Assembly: GCA_019307815.1 (NCBI GenBank)
Contig: JAFDIV010000003.1
Location: forward strand, 6,353-70,352
Length of the DNA stretch: 64,000 nt
DNA from: Deltaproteobacteria bacterium
Lineage (GTDB): Bacteria; Desulfobacterota; DSM-4660; Desulfatiglandales; Desulfatiglandaceae
Reading direction: 5' to 3'
The notes under the pieces were generated by a model. It saw nothing but the letters and a program-made list of their open reading frames with translations. It had not been told where the DNA came from and ran no database searches. The position numbers and the translations under genes were made by a program. Shown in pieces: positions 24,923-34,560 of the stretch (position 1 is the stretch's first letter; every line of letters begins with the position of its first letter).

Positions 24923-27316
24923 TTAGGTTTGCGGTCGCACGCCGTTTTGTAATGCCCGCTGATCGGCCATTTTGACCACCCGCGCCAGGAGCAAGTAGGG
25001 CAGTAATTCGGCATCCCGTCGGGGCCGGATCAGCCGCCGGGACAATTCCCCTTCCTGAAATTCCCACCTTATCCCCTCTACGTCTCCCAGCAATCCCTTG
25101 AGCGCTGTCTTGGCCACAGGGTGGGCGCGGAAAGGGCCGTGGCGGCCGTTGGCCCCGGCACTGTGGTGCCTGACGATGGCCGTCAGTGCGGCGCGTGCCA
25201 ACGCCGGGTCAGGGGTGCGGGCCAGCAACCAGTCCATTGCCGCTGCCGCGCCTGACGCGGCGTGGTTGGGCCTCATTCGGCTTAACTTCCTGTTCAGGGC
25301 TTGCTCCGGCCCGCTCTGCTCGTCGTAGTCCGTGTGCGCTACCAGATAACCTTCTGGGACTTGCAGATTTTGGCCCCGCACCCTGCCCACCTCTTCCTGC
25401 CAGCGGTGGGCCCAGTCTTGCCATTTGACGTCCAGCTTGCCCACGTCATGGAAAGCGATGACCCACCGAGCCAGGCGGTGCAGTGTGCCTGCCGGCCATC
25501 CATACTTCTGCTCCATCCGGCGGGCAGCATAGCCCAATTCTTGGGCCAGCGGCAGCCGTTCCACTCCCTTGTCTCGGTCGAAAAAGGGATGCTCGTAAGC
25601 CCCTAGCATCCGGGCCACATGTTCCTGGAAAGTCTCGCGGTGGTAAGGGTTGGGCCACCCCCTGTCCCTCTCCCGGAGAGGCGAGGCCCACTTCCCATCG
25701 CCAAGCACACCTAGCCGGAACCCGGCCTCCGGGCTGTAGGTGGCCAGGCGGGGGTTGACTGCCAGGATCAGCGCGCCGAGCAGCTCATCCTTGTTCAGGA
25801 TGGGCCGCCATTGCCAGGCGGTCCTTTCGCGGGAGGACTCCTCCTCGGGCAGCGGCTCCGCCGTCATCAGCACCCACTGTTCATTCAGCTCCTCCGCCAG
25901 AGCTTGCAGGCCGTCGAAGGCTCCAAAGAGACTTCCGCGAAAGAGCCCGAAGCCTTCGTAAGCCCACGGGTTCTCAATGCGCCCTGGCTCAGGATGAACG
26001 ATGACCGTGCGGCTTTCCACGTCGCGGATTAATTGACGCGCCGCCCCTTGTTCTTGCATCTCAATAGTATTTGCAATGCGATGAGCAACGGTAAAGCGAC
26101 TGGCCCTGAGACCCTCCAGCAGGTGTTGATCCGCCTCCTCATGGGCCGCATTGACAATTGCCAGTTCAGTGTGAAAGTCAAACACCTCACCGGAACGCTC
26201 GGCAAGGGCTGCCCAGGTCTTCTCACAGATTTCCGTCTGGATGCCGAGATAGGGGGCGTAGTTGGGACCACCATCCTTGTTAACAGGGAGGCGGTAGACC
26301 CATACATCCCCCTCCTCCCCCTCGTAGCGGGCGCAACGGCCTGCCCTTTGGACGATTGAGGCGGCCGGGGCCAGCTCGGTATGAAGCCCCTGGCAGGTAA
26401 TGTCCAGCCCCACCTCCACGACCTGGGTCGCCACCAGGATGGCGCTCTGGACGGTGTAGATGCTCCTGTCCTTGCCGAACTCGCGGCGCAGCCACTCTTC
26501 CTGCGCTTCCCGGTCGCTGCGCAGGAAACGACTATGGAGCAGCCGCACCTCAACCCCAGATCCGGCGATCCGACGCAGTTCCTCGAAGAGCGCCTGGGCC
26601 CGCTCCACCGTGTTACAGATGACGATGGACCGTTGCTTGTGCCTGTCCAGCACCGCCCGGGCCGTCAACCCGGCCTCCACGGTATGCACGCGGCGTGTTT
26701 TCTGCTGCGAGGGCATGGCGGCCAGTTCCTCCGGCAGCAACACCAGCGGCTCGGCATCCAGCTCCCGGGACAGAGCTTCGATCATCTGCCCAGAGAGCGT
26801 GGCGCTCATGGCGATGAAAGGGACGATGCCGCGAAGCAGCCGCAACAGATGCAGCGTGGTCGGCAGACTTGTCTGGGGATCAAACAGGTGGAACTCGTCA
26901 AAGACCAGGTAGGAGCAAAGCACGGCCCCGGCGTTGAGGTTTCCTTGCCCCAAGCTGAGAGAATACGGAATGTTGAGGAAATTGCTCAGAGTTTGGTCAA
27001 TAGTGGTAAAGATCAGATTGCCCTCAAGGCGGGGGTCCTCGGGGCGGCCGCCGGTCTGGACCGTCACATCCATGGGGCGAGTGAAGCCGAAATTCACAGG
27101 CCGGTCCTTGTATTCGTCCCAAAACTGGTTGGCTAACACCCGCAGCGGCACGGAATAGATACACTTGCGGGGAAAATCTTCGCCATACTCCCAAGCACGG
27201 AAGAAAGGGAAGAGCGCGGCACGAGTCTTGCCTGAGCCGGTTGGCGCCTGAAGAATCACGGACCTGCCAGATAAAATCAGTTCGCCGACTTTTTCTTGGA
27301 AAGGATATAATTCCAT
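24923..27316 (-). CDS. cas3: Cas3 helicase-nuclease with a C-terminal HD domain
   Basis: 797 aa. It has helicase motif I (QAPTGSGKT), motif II (VFDEFH), SAT (MSATLS) and a QRAGRCAR arginine finger. The C-terminal HD-type motifs are AFHDVGKLDVKWQ, VAHTDYD, NHAASG and IVRHHS. Confidence 0.9.
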   Translation of the reverse strand: MELYPFQEKVGELILSGRSVILQAPTGSGKTRAALFPFFRAWEYGEDFPRKCIYSVPLRVLANQFWDEYKDRPVNFGFTRPMDVTVQTGGRPEDPRLEGNLIFTTIDQTLSNFLNIPYSLSLGQGNLNAGAVLCSYLVFDEFHLFDPQTSLPTTLHLLRLLRGIVPFIAMSATLSGQMIEALSRELDAEPLVLLPEELAAMPSQQKTRRVHTVEAGLTARAVLDRHKQRSIVICNTVERAQALFEELRRIAGSGVEVRLLHSRFLRSDREAQEEWLRREFGKDRSIYTVQSAILVATQVVEVGLDITCQGLHTELAPAASIVQRAGRCARYEGEEGDVWVYRLPVNKDGGPNYAPYLGIQTEICEKTWAALAERSGEVFDFHTELAIVNAAHEEADQHLLEGLRASRFTVAHRIANTIEMQEQGAARQLIRDVESRTVIVHPEPGRIENPWAYEGFGLFRGSLFGAFDGLQALAEELNEQWVLMTAEPLPEEESSRERTAWQWRPILNKDELLGALILAVNPRLATYSPEAGFRLGVLGDGKWASPLRERDRGWPNPYHRETFQEHVARMLGAYEHPFFDRDKGVERLPLAQELGYAARRMEQKYGWPAGTLHRLARWVIAFHDVGKLDVKWQDWAHRWQEEVGRVRGQNLQVPEGYLVAHTDYDEQSGPEQALNRKLSRMRPNHAASGAAAAMDWLLARTPDPALARAALTAIVRHHSAGANGRHGPFRAHPVAKTALKGLLGDVEGIRWEFQEGELSRRLIRPRRDAELLPYLLLARVVKMADQRALQNGVRPQT

Positions 27317-28115
27317 TAACCTGAAGTGAAAAGTATCAAGGGCCTATAGCCCAGACCTCTGAACTACCCCATGTTTCGCAAGGAGAAAGTTACCCACGTC
27401 CGCTCTTTTAGAACGGTGTCATAGACCACAAAAACAAAAAGTGGATCATCCCAGCCTGCCAAGTTTTTCCAATCCTACTATTCGCTTTTGACAGATCCGG
27501 TCACACAGGCTCAAAAATTTTACAAAAATTTCTCATTCAAAAACCCGGCCTCCGCCAGCAAAGTGGAAATACCCTTCCTGGGTTATATTTAAAACTTTTA
27601 GGAGTATTAATAGCCAGTTGCAAAAACATCTCCTATGGTTGGCGCGTTTCTCAGGAAGAAGCACTCATTACTGGGTACCTATTAAAGTTGGGAGCCCCTA
27701 TTTAGCAGGTGCGGTGTTGTTCAGGAAAGAAAGAAGCAATGTCCGACTAATAACTCTGGTTAATTAGACCAAATTTAACGAGATTGGCTCACATTGTCAA
27801 GTAAAGCCCCTTCTGACCTCCTTTCTTGAAGAATTCTTAGAATATTTGATCATAATCGAGTGTTACACCCCAACTGCTCCCGTGGTGATGCGATGAATGT
27901 TTCTTCTGGGCCACGCACTCAGGGGCGCAATTCGTGCGGTTGCCTTGACCAGGTTACTTGAGACACATCGCCTCTGGCCTAGAGAAGGAGAAGGAAGATG
28001 GGCAATTGGAGTCAGATTTCAACACATAGCCAGGAAACGCGGTCAAAAGATCCCGGGGCAAGGTGATCAATCTTTCGTAGATTGTCTTATTTCGATGGTT
28101 TTGGTATAATTTTCT

Positions 28116-28373
28116 ATGTCTAATAGAATTCAGAAGAATTTTTTCAACCCTTATCTAGGGACTAGTGAAATGACCTTGAAAGATATCGTCTGGGACTACC
28201 CACGGCCTTTAGACGACAAACTATGGAGGGCTAGGAGGATGGCCGAATACCTTCCATTTGTCCTTGATAAGCTCACCCGCAAAGACAAGGAAATCCTTCT
28301 GGAACACCTCGACAAGATTGATCTCCCCGAGGAACGAAAAGAATTCATAAGACTGGTGTGCAGTGGAAAATAG
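28116..28373 (+). CDS. Small hypothetical protein, possible partner of the downstream AbiEii-like gene
   Basis: 85-aa ORF overlapping the next gene by 11 nt. I recognised no motif. Confidence 0.4.
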   Translation: MSNRIQKNFFNPYLGTSEMTLKDIVWDYPRPLDDKLWRARRMAEYLPFVLDKLTRKDKEILLEHLDKIDLPEERKEFIRLVCSGK

Positions 28374-29016
28374 GGTACTCACTGAAAAACAAAAACTTTT
28401 GATTGCAAGTCTCCCTGAAGAAATATTGGACGGGTTTTATCTTACGGGAGGGACCGCCCTTTCGGCCTTTTATATCGAGCACCGCCTTTCCATGCATATG
28501 GACTTTTTCACTGATAAAAAAAAGGGCATTCCCCCTGTTGAGTATCTCAGGGCGATGTTGAGGAAGGTTCCATACCTAGAGGCTGTCCATTTTGAACGCC
28601 TCTTTGATCGAAGGATTTTCAGGCTGAGCTTTAGTGGCGGCGATATTTTGAATGTGGAGTTTACACTATATCCGTTCAAAGGCCTTGGACAAAGAAAGAA
28701 GATAGGAAGGCTCTGGGTTGACAGCCCGCTTGATATAGCAACGGGTAAACTGTTTGCCATGACAGACAGGTTCGATCCAAAAGACTTTGTTGATCTCTAC
28801 TTTATTCTTCGGGATTTCGAATGGACATTGAATGAGCTTTTAGAAAAAGCCACTTTCCGTTTCGAGGTAAAGGGCTTACAATATACTGTGCCAGAGAGAT
28901 TATTGCTGGTACGGAAAATCGAGACAGATGACTTGCCGATTATGCTTAAAGACTTAGATATCGAAGAGATGAAAAAATATCTTATGAGTAAGGCCTCTGC
29001 TTTGGCCGGAGCGTGA
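28363..29016 (+). CDS. AbiEii/AbiGii-type nucleotidyltransferase (DUF1814-like toxin family)
   Basis: 217 aa. GFYLTGGTALSAFYIEHRLSMHMDFF and the later DFVDLYFIL resemble the AbiEii NTase fold motifs. Confidence 0.6.
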   Translation: MENRVLTEKQKLLIASLPEEILDGFYLTGGTALSAFYIEHRLSMHMDFFTDKKKGIPPVEYLRAMLRKVPYLEAVHFERLFDRRIFRLSFSGGDILNVEFTLYPFKGLGQRKKIGRLWVDSPLDIATGKLFAMTDRFDPKDFVDLYFILRDFEWTLNELLEKATFRFEVKGLQYTVPERLLLVRKIETDDLPIMLKDLDIEEMKKYLMSKASALAGA

Positions 29017-29086
29017 ACTTTTCTGTGGTGGTACGCCCCGGCTGTGGCCAGGGCAGTACCACTCTGGGCTGATCAGGGCTGTTCAC

Positions 29087-30175
29087 TCAAACTATACGTT
29101 CCACCCATCCATATGAATCAGGCTTTTCCGCATACTGAATGGCCACAATCTCATCGTAGAGCCGTTGAGAAAGCTCTCCCATCCTTCCGCCTGCAATCAC
29201 ATAATCTTTTCCTTTATATGTAATTTGACCAACAGGTGATATCACTGCCGCTGTACCGGTACCAAAGGCCTCTTTCAAGCTGCCGTTTTCAGCAGCCTCA
29301 ACAACTTCGTCAATTCTTAGGGATCTCTCTGAAACATTAATTCCCCAGCCCTTAAGGATGCGCAAAACAGAATCACGGGTGATCCCGGGGAGAATGGTGC
29401 CAGTCAAAGGTGCTGTGATGACCTCGTCGCCTATTACAAAGAACATGTTCATTGTCCCCACTTCTTCCACATATTTCCTTTCCACAGCATCCAGCCATAG
29501 GACCTGGGTAAACCCCTTCTCTTTTGCCTTTTCGGCCGCCAGCAGGCTAGCTGCATAGTTACCCGAGGTCTTGGCCTCGCCGGTTCCCCCAGGAGCCGCC
29601 CTTACGTATTCGGTCTCTACCCAAATCTTCACGGGATTGAGTCCTTCTTTGTAATAGGCTGCCACAGGGCCTATGATGATGTAGAAGACATAGGTATTTG
29701 AGGGCCGCACACCCAAATGGGGCTCCGTAGCAATCATTGTGGGCCTAATGTAAAGGGACGTGCCCCTGCTTCTGGGGACCCATTCCTGGTCAAGCTCAAT
29801 TAATTTTTTAAGCCCTTCCATCACAAGATCCGTATCCACCTCGGGCATGCACAGCCTTTGGGCAGAGCGGTTGAGCCGGGCCACATTATCCCGTGCCCGA
29901 AAGAGATATATGCCACCGTTTTTTCCTCTGTATGCCTTAAGTCCTTCAAAGATCTCCTGACCATAGTGCAATCCCATGGCCGCAGGATCAAAACAGAGAT
30001 CTCCATATGGCTCAATGCGGGGATTGAACCACCCCTTGCCTGCCTCATAATCCATGAGGAACATATGGTCGGTGAAGATATCACCAAATCCCAGTTGAGA
30101 CTCATCCTGAGGTTTGGGCTTCAACTGAGCTGGTTTTGCTTTTGTGATGCTTATTTCCATGGCACTCTCCCTCAC
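29087..30175 (-). CDS. ilvE: Branched-chain amino acid aminotransferase
   Basis: 362 aa. FTDHMF, HYGQEIFEGLKAYR, GGTGEAKTSGNYAASL and EAFGTGTAAVISPV are characteristic of class IV BCAT. The likely start is MEISI... at 30160. Confidence 0.88.
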   Translation of the reverse strand: MRESAMEISITKAKPAQLKPKPQDESQLGFGDIFTDHMFLMDYEAGKGWFNPRIEPYGDLCFDPAAMGLHYGQEIFEGLKAYRGKNGGIYLFRARDNVARLNRSAQRLCMPEVDTDLVMEGLKKLIELDQEWVPRSRGTSLYIRPTMIATEPHLGVRPSNTYVFYIIIGPVAAYYKEGLNPVKIWVETEYVRAAPGGTGEAKTSGNYAASLLAAEKAKEKGFTQVLWLDAVERKYVEEVGTMNMFFVIGDEVITAPLTGTILPGITRDSVLRILKGWGINVSERSLRIDEVVEAAENGSLKEAFGTGTAAVISPVGQITYKGKDYVIAGGRMGELSQRLYDEIVAIQYAEKPDSYGWVERIV

Positions 30176-30288
30176 TTATATGATTCACATTATACGAAGT
30201 ATCTCATAGCACACCTTTTGAGGAAACACAACTGCTTAGCCCCGACCAGGTATCTGTCAAAGCCCCTGACATTCACATCCCCTTGAGC

Positions 30289-31227
30289 TTACTTCTTAAA
30301 TTCGTCCGCATTAAGAGGTACCTCTGACAGGATCCATCTTTTCACGGTAATTACCTGGGGCTTGTGCAACATCTTGGCATAGAGGTCTCCTTCGTCTTCC
30401 TTGTCCGGGGCTCCCAGGAGGATCCCTTGGATCCTGTTTCCGTCCGACACCTGAACCTTCATCCTAGGCCGGTCAAGCCCGTAGGCGCGCAGGTCTTTGG
30501 CAGATTCCTCCACGATACGCGAGGCCTTGGTGGTGGCAAGGCGTGAAAGAATGGCGTAAACCTTGTCTCTGCTGGCCTCAAAGGTATGATTGTTGTGGAA
30601 AAACCACTTGTCTTCCTTCTTGGTAAGAACCCACCTGCCCCTTTCTCCATCTATCACAAGCTTTTTGACATGGTTGGGTGCAATGGTAACCAGCCGCTTA
30701 TCCCGCAGGTCAAAGAGATCCACGTCCAAGTCAAACTTGTCAGCAAAGGCGATGGTATATACGGTCTGATTTTGTTTCCTCTTTACATAGACATCATCAC
30801 CCAAAGGTGTTACATCACCTATCAGCAGCTCCCCTGACTCCTCCTTTCCCTTATAGCCAATGACCACTAAGGGTTTCATTAAGCCAAATATAGAGAGGTC
30901 TTTTGGTTGCTCGGAAATTTTTCGGGTCCATTTCAAGGTGGCCAGCTTATCAATGAACTTGGTTATCGCTATGAGGTCCGCATCTGTGCGGATGGGGCTC
31001 GTAATTATCCAATGATCCTGCTCATCCTTGCCCTCCCTTTGAACCACAATCCGTACGGTTCCTTTCTTAATAGTAAGATATTGCAGCTTTTCTTTGTTGA
31101 TCTTAAAAAAGGTCCTGAAGGATGCCCGTTCTGCCTTTTTTCCTGCTTCTTGGTGTCGTTCAAAGAAATAAAGGCCTGCTAGGGACAGGGCTATTAGCAG
31201 ATAGATCCAGGTGGCCCGGGTGCTCAT
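30289..31227 (-). CDS. DUF4340-like protein with an N-terminal TM anchor (accessory to the GldG-type ABC system)
   Basis: 312 aa with one N-terminal TM helix. It overlaps the upstream GldG-like gene by 4 nt. The assignment rests on the recurrent gene context and not on a motif. Confidence 0.45.
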   Translation of the reverse strand: MSTRATWIYLLIALSLAGLYFFERHQEAGKKAERASFRTFFKINKEKLQYLTIKKGTVRIVVQREGKDEQDHWIITSPIRTDADLIAITKFIDKLATLKWTRKISEQPKDLSIFGLMKPLVVIGYKGKEESGELLIGDVTPLGDDVYVKRKQNQTVYTIAFADKFDLDVDLFDLRDKRLVTIAPNHVKKLVIDGERGRWVLTKKEDKWFFHNNHTFEASRDKVYAILSRLATTKASRIVEESAKDLRAYGLDRPRMKVQVSDGNRIQGILLGAPDKEDEGDLYAKMLHKPQVITVKRWILSEVPLNADEFKK

Positions 31228-33344
31228 CGGGACCTCCTACGGAGCCATGTCCAAATGCCAAGGACAAGCACCACCATGGGAATACACACCACCGGCACCC
31301 AAAACAGGATGATTCCCTGGCGCCGGCTAAGCATAAGGGCCTCAATGGGGCGGTGTTTCTTTGGAATGCTGATCAGCCCCTTCCTTGCAGCCAGATAGTG
31401 GACCGTATTGGTTATCAAGTCCGCGTTTCCGGAAAGCTGAAAATATCGATTGCTGGCGCAATCCACATCCCCAAAGACCACAAGGCGGCCCTCGCCAGTG
31501 ATGTGCAGTATTCCCTTTCCCTTTTTTTTCACTATGGGTGGTCTGAGTTCACATATGGCTGCCAGGCATAGCGGTCCTTTTCTGTCCCCCGTATCAAAGG
31601 TGACACGTCCTGCGGCTATGGAAGCCTTGTCCATTTCACCCCAGGCATGCTCTGAGGTATAGGCCAGGGGAGTTACGGTGATCCCCTTTGTTTTTACAGG
31701 TACAGGCTCTATAGAACGGGCCATATAGAAAAGGGATGTAAGTTTAAACCCATGGGTGATTTTATGGTCACCATAGTCAGCCACCATGGGCAGCAGATAG
31801 TCTCCTCCCATGACCCGGCTTAGCTTATCCACCACCATATCAGGGTAGATCCGGATGCCAAACTTCTCCAGAAATTCCTTGAGCCCAGCATCATGGTAAG
31901 GTTCAAGGAAAAGGAGGAGCCTTCCACCAGAGCATACATAACGCTGCAAGCTTGCTATTTCTTCCGGAAATAGAGATGTTTGGGGGCCTGCCAGGACCAC
32001 CAAGGCCGCGTCACGGGGAATTCCTTGCTCCATCAGATTGAGTGCTGAAAAGGCGTAGTCTTGTTTGGAAAGGGTCTCTGCAAGCAGAGAAAGAGGCTGT
32101 GGGCCTGTTCCTCTGAAGTCACGCTCTCCATGTCCAGTGATCCAATAGACCTTTTGGACCTTTCCGTGCAAAAGCCTTACCAGGGCATTGGTGATATGCT
32201 CTTCGTCCGCAATGTTTGTCCGCTGGGTCCTTCCATACCCTTCCAGGATAAAGGTGTTCACGTCCCTCACCTCATATTTTTTGGCAGAGGCCGGATTTCT
32301 TTCAGGATCAATAAGCTCATATCGGATGGTACGGGCATAGTAGTGGTAGGCGGAAAGCAGTTTTTTAGCGTCTTCTTCCTCTTGAAATCCTTTACGGACA
32401 AAGGCCATAATTTTTACAGGTTTGCTAATTTGTTTCAGGACAGCAATGGTTTTGTCAGATAAGGTGTATTCCCCGTAGGAGGTCAAATCCCACCTTATAT
32501 AGTGCCTTTCGGAAATCAGTACGAGAAATACGCAGATACATAGTACAAAGAGAGAGGTTGCTACGTTGTGATATGAGCCTCGCCAGTATCTCGCCTTCAA
32601 GAATCGTAATGTCAAAAAGAGCCAGAAAAGGACAAAAAACATATAATACAAGATGTGCTTGGTATCCACAACTCCCTTAGAAAAGGGCTCAAGATGGGTT
32701 ACAATGGAGATAAGCTCCACCACCCGACCAGCCACAGGTCCCAAAAAACTCTTGGCCCAAACCAAGGCCCAGAACAACAAAAGGGCACCAAAGCTGAGCA
32801 CGGCAGCAATGATTTGGTTTTCCGTTAGAGAGGAAGTGAAAAGTCCCAGGGCGATAAAGCTGGACCCAAGAAGGAAGATACCTATATATCCTGAAATGAC
32901 CACTCCCCAGTCCAGGGAAGCAAAGGACTCCAAAAGAATCATATAAGACAGGGTCCCAGCAACCATGATGACAAGCACAAGAAGTGTGGCAAAATACTTG
33001 CCCATTAAGGTTGCCACATCAGAGAGGGGATAGGTAAACAGGAGCTCGATGGTCCCGGTTTTCCTCTCCTCTGAGTAAAGCCTCATGGTTATAAGTGGAA
33101 GCATCAAGAGAAGGATTGTTGAAAGATCCCCAAAAAAGGGTGTGACCACCATGTGGGTCAGGTTTAGTCTCTCGGAAAGGAAGGGATCTTTAGTGGCTTG
33201 GAAGCTTAGGATGTTGAAGTACAGGGTGTCGGTGTAAAAGAAATATCCTGCCACTACAAAGAATATGAAAGAGGCAGCGTAAAAGATGGGTGAAGCAAAG
33301 ATCGAGTAGAGTTCTTTCTTAAATACAACTAAGGCGCCTTTCAT
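31224..33344 (-). CDS. ABC-2 type permease fused to a GldG-like domain
   Basis: 706 aa. The N-terminal ~250 aa are multi-TM (ABC-2 permease-like). They are followed by a large soluble GldG-like region and a terminal TM helix. It overlaps the ATPase gene by 4 nt. Confidence 0.6.
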   Translation of the reverse strand: MKGALVVFKKELYSIFASPIFYAASFIFFVVAGYFFYTDTLYFNILSFQATKDPFLSERLNLTHMVVTPFFGDLSTILLLMLPLITMRLYSEERKTGTIELLFTYPLSDVATLMGKYFATLLVLVIMVAGTLSYMILLESFASLDWGVVISGYIGIFLLGSSFIALGLFTSSLTENQIIAAVLSFGALLLFWALVWAKSFLGPVAGRVVELISIVTHLEPFSKGVVDTKHILYYMFFVLFWLFLTLRFLKARYWRGSYHNVATSLFVLCICVFLVLISERHYIRWDLTSYGEYTLSDKTIAVLKQISKPVKIMAFVRKGFQEEEDAKKLLSAYHYYARTIRYELIDPERNPASAKKYEVRDVNTFILEGYGRTQRTNIADEEHITNALVRLLHGKVQKVYWITGHGERDFRGTGPQPLSLLAETLSKQDYAFSALNLMEQGIPRDAALVVLAGPQTSLFPEEIASLQRYVCSGGRLLLFLEPYHDAGLKEFLEKFGIRIYPDMVVDKLSRVMGGDYLLPMVADYGDHKITHGFKLTSLFYMARSIEPVPVKTKGITVTPLAYTSEHAWGEMDKASIAAGRVTFDTGDRKGPLCLAAICELRPPIVKKKGKGILHITGEGRLVVFGDVDCASNRYFQLSGNADLITNTVHYLAARKGLISIPKKHRPIEALMLSRRQGIILFWVPVVCIPMVVLVLGIWTWLRRRSR

Positions 33345-34309
33345 GTCGCCTCTCTACCTCCTTGATCTGCCGCCTCTTCGGTCACTAGATGCACAAAAAC
33401 CTCTTCCAGGCTTAGATCCCTGCTGGTCATCTCCATGAGATCCCAACCAGAATTCACTACAGTCTTAGCGATCAACGGGCGGATTGTTTCGTCTTGGATA
33501 CTTTCAATAAGGAACTGCCCCGGTTTTTCAGTAGGTGCTATCCTTGTTATCCCTTTTATGGAGGCAAGCTTCTTCATCAGTTGCTCCTGAGGGGCCCGTA
33601 CCAAGATAAGTGTCCGTGTTCCTCTTTGAATCTTTGCGGTGAGGGCCTGAGGGTGGTCTTCTGCCACGACCCTGCCCCTGTTCAGGATGATCACGCGCTC
33701 ACAAAGCTGACTTACCTCGGGCAGGATATGGGTGCTTAGCAAGATAGTCCTTTCCCCGCCTAGATTTTTGATGAGTTGTCTGATCTCTACGATTTGTGCT
33801 GGATCAAGGCCAGTTGTAGGTTCGTCCAGGATCAGGATCGGAGGATTTCCCAGAAGGGCCTGGGCCAGACCGACTCTCTGCTTAAGTCCCTTGGACAGAT
33901 GTTTGATCAATCTGGTGTCATGTTCGCCCAGCCCGCAATCTTGGATCACCCTGTCTACTTCTTTGCGAAGACTCTGCCCCCTTAGACCCTTGGCAGCCCC
34001 TGCAAAGGAAAGAAAGAAGCGAACACGTAGATCTTCATATAAGGGTACATTCTCGGGAAGGAATCCTATCTTTTGTCTTACCTTCAGACCCTGGACCCTG
34101 GTATCAAGCCCATGGATTTTGGCACTTCCCTGGGTGGGCGGCATAAAGCAGGTAAGGATCCGAAGGATGGTGGTTTTGCCAGCGCCGTTGGGGCCTAACA
34201 GCCCAACGATCTCGCCTCGGTCGATCCGAAAAGAGACCTCTTGAATCGCCGGCTTAAGGCCATAATATTTTGTGAGACCGTCAGCAACAATCATGGTGGT
34301 GCTCTGCAA
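33341..34309 (-). CDS. ABC transporter ATP-binding protein
   Basis: It has Walker A (GPNGAGKTT), the ABC signature (LSKGLKQR) and Walker B (ILILDEPT). Confidence 0.9.
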   Translation of the reverse strand: MQSTTMIVADGLTKYYGLKPAIQEVSFRIDRGEIVGLLGPNGAGKTTILRILTCFMPPTQGSAKIHGLDTRVQGLKVRQKIGFLPENVPLYEDLRVRFFLSFAGAAKGLRGQSLRKEVDRVIQDCGLGEHDTRLIKHLSKGLKQRVGLAQALLGNPPILILDEPTTGLDPAQIVEIRQLIKNLGGERTILLSTHILPEVSQLCERVIILNRGRVVAEDHPQALTAKIQRGTRTLILVRAPQEQLMKKLASIKGITRIAPTEKPGQFLIESIQDETIRPLIAKTVVNSGWDLMEMTSRDLSLEEVFVHLVTEEAADQGGREAT

Positions 34310-34560
34310 AAGTGGGCTAACTCGTTGACCGTTATCCGTTCACCGTTGACCGCACTAAGCGTTTAGCAGTCAGCGAACTCCCCGCCTATGAAGTGTGGCG
34401 GAGGAGCTTCAAATGCCCTAATCTCCAAAATATCCGAATATGGACATGGCGGAGTTTTGACATTTGAAATTTGGCATTTGACATTGAGTTTATACTGCTC
34501 CTAAGAGCAGGAAAGAGAAGTCATAATGCTTAGGGCAGTTTCCCAATTTCCCGTTTCCTC

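Noticed and set aside
27862-27899. The string GTTACAC (the first 7 nt of the transcribed-strand repeat) in the gap upstream of cas3, considered as a possible orphan repeat or tracr-like element.
   Set aside because: Similarity does not extend convincingly beyond the heptamer. A 7-mer is expected several times by chance in 2 x 64 kb.
27897-28109. A 70-aa ORF in the cas3-abiE gap.
   Set aside because: It has no RBS, an Arg/Gly-rich translation and no recognisable motif. I treated it as non-coding.
34310-34560. Short direct repeats (CCGTT-type and TTGACATTTGA twice) and a TGGCAT-N-ATTGA element resembling a sigma54 -24/-12 site.
   Set aside because: The GG/GC spacing does not fit the sigma54 consensus. 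The element points to no downstream plus-strand gene, and the repeats are short. This is probably ordinary promoter or operator sequence for the divergent operons.
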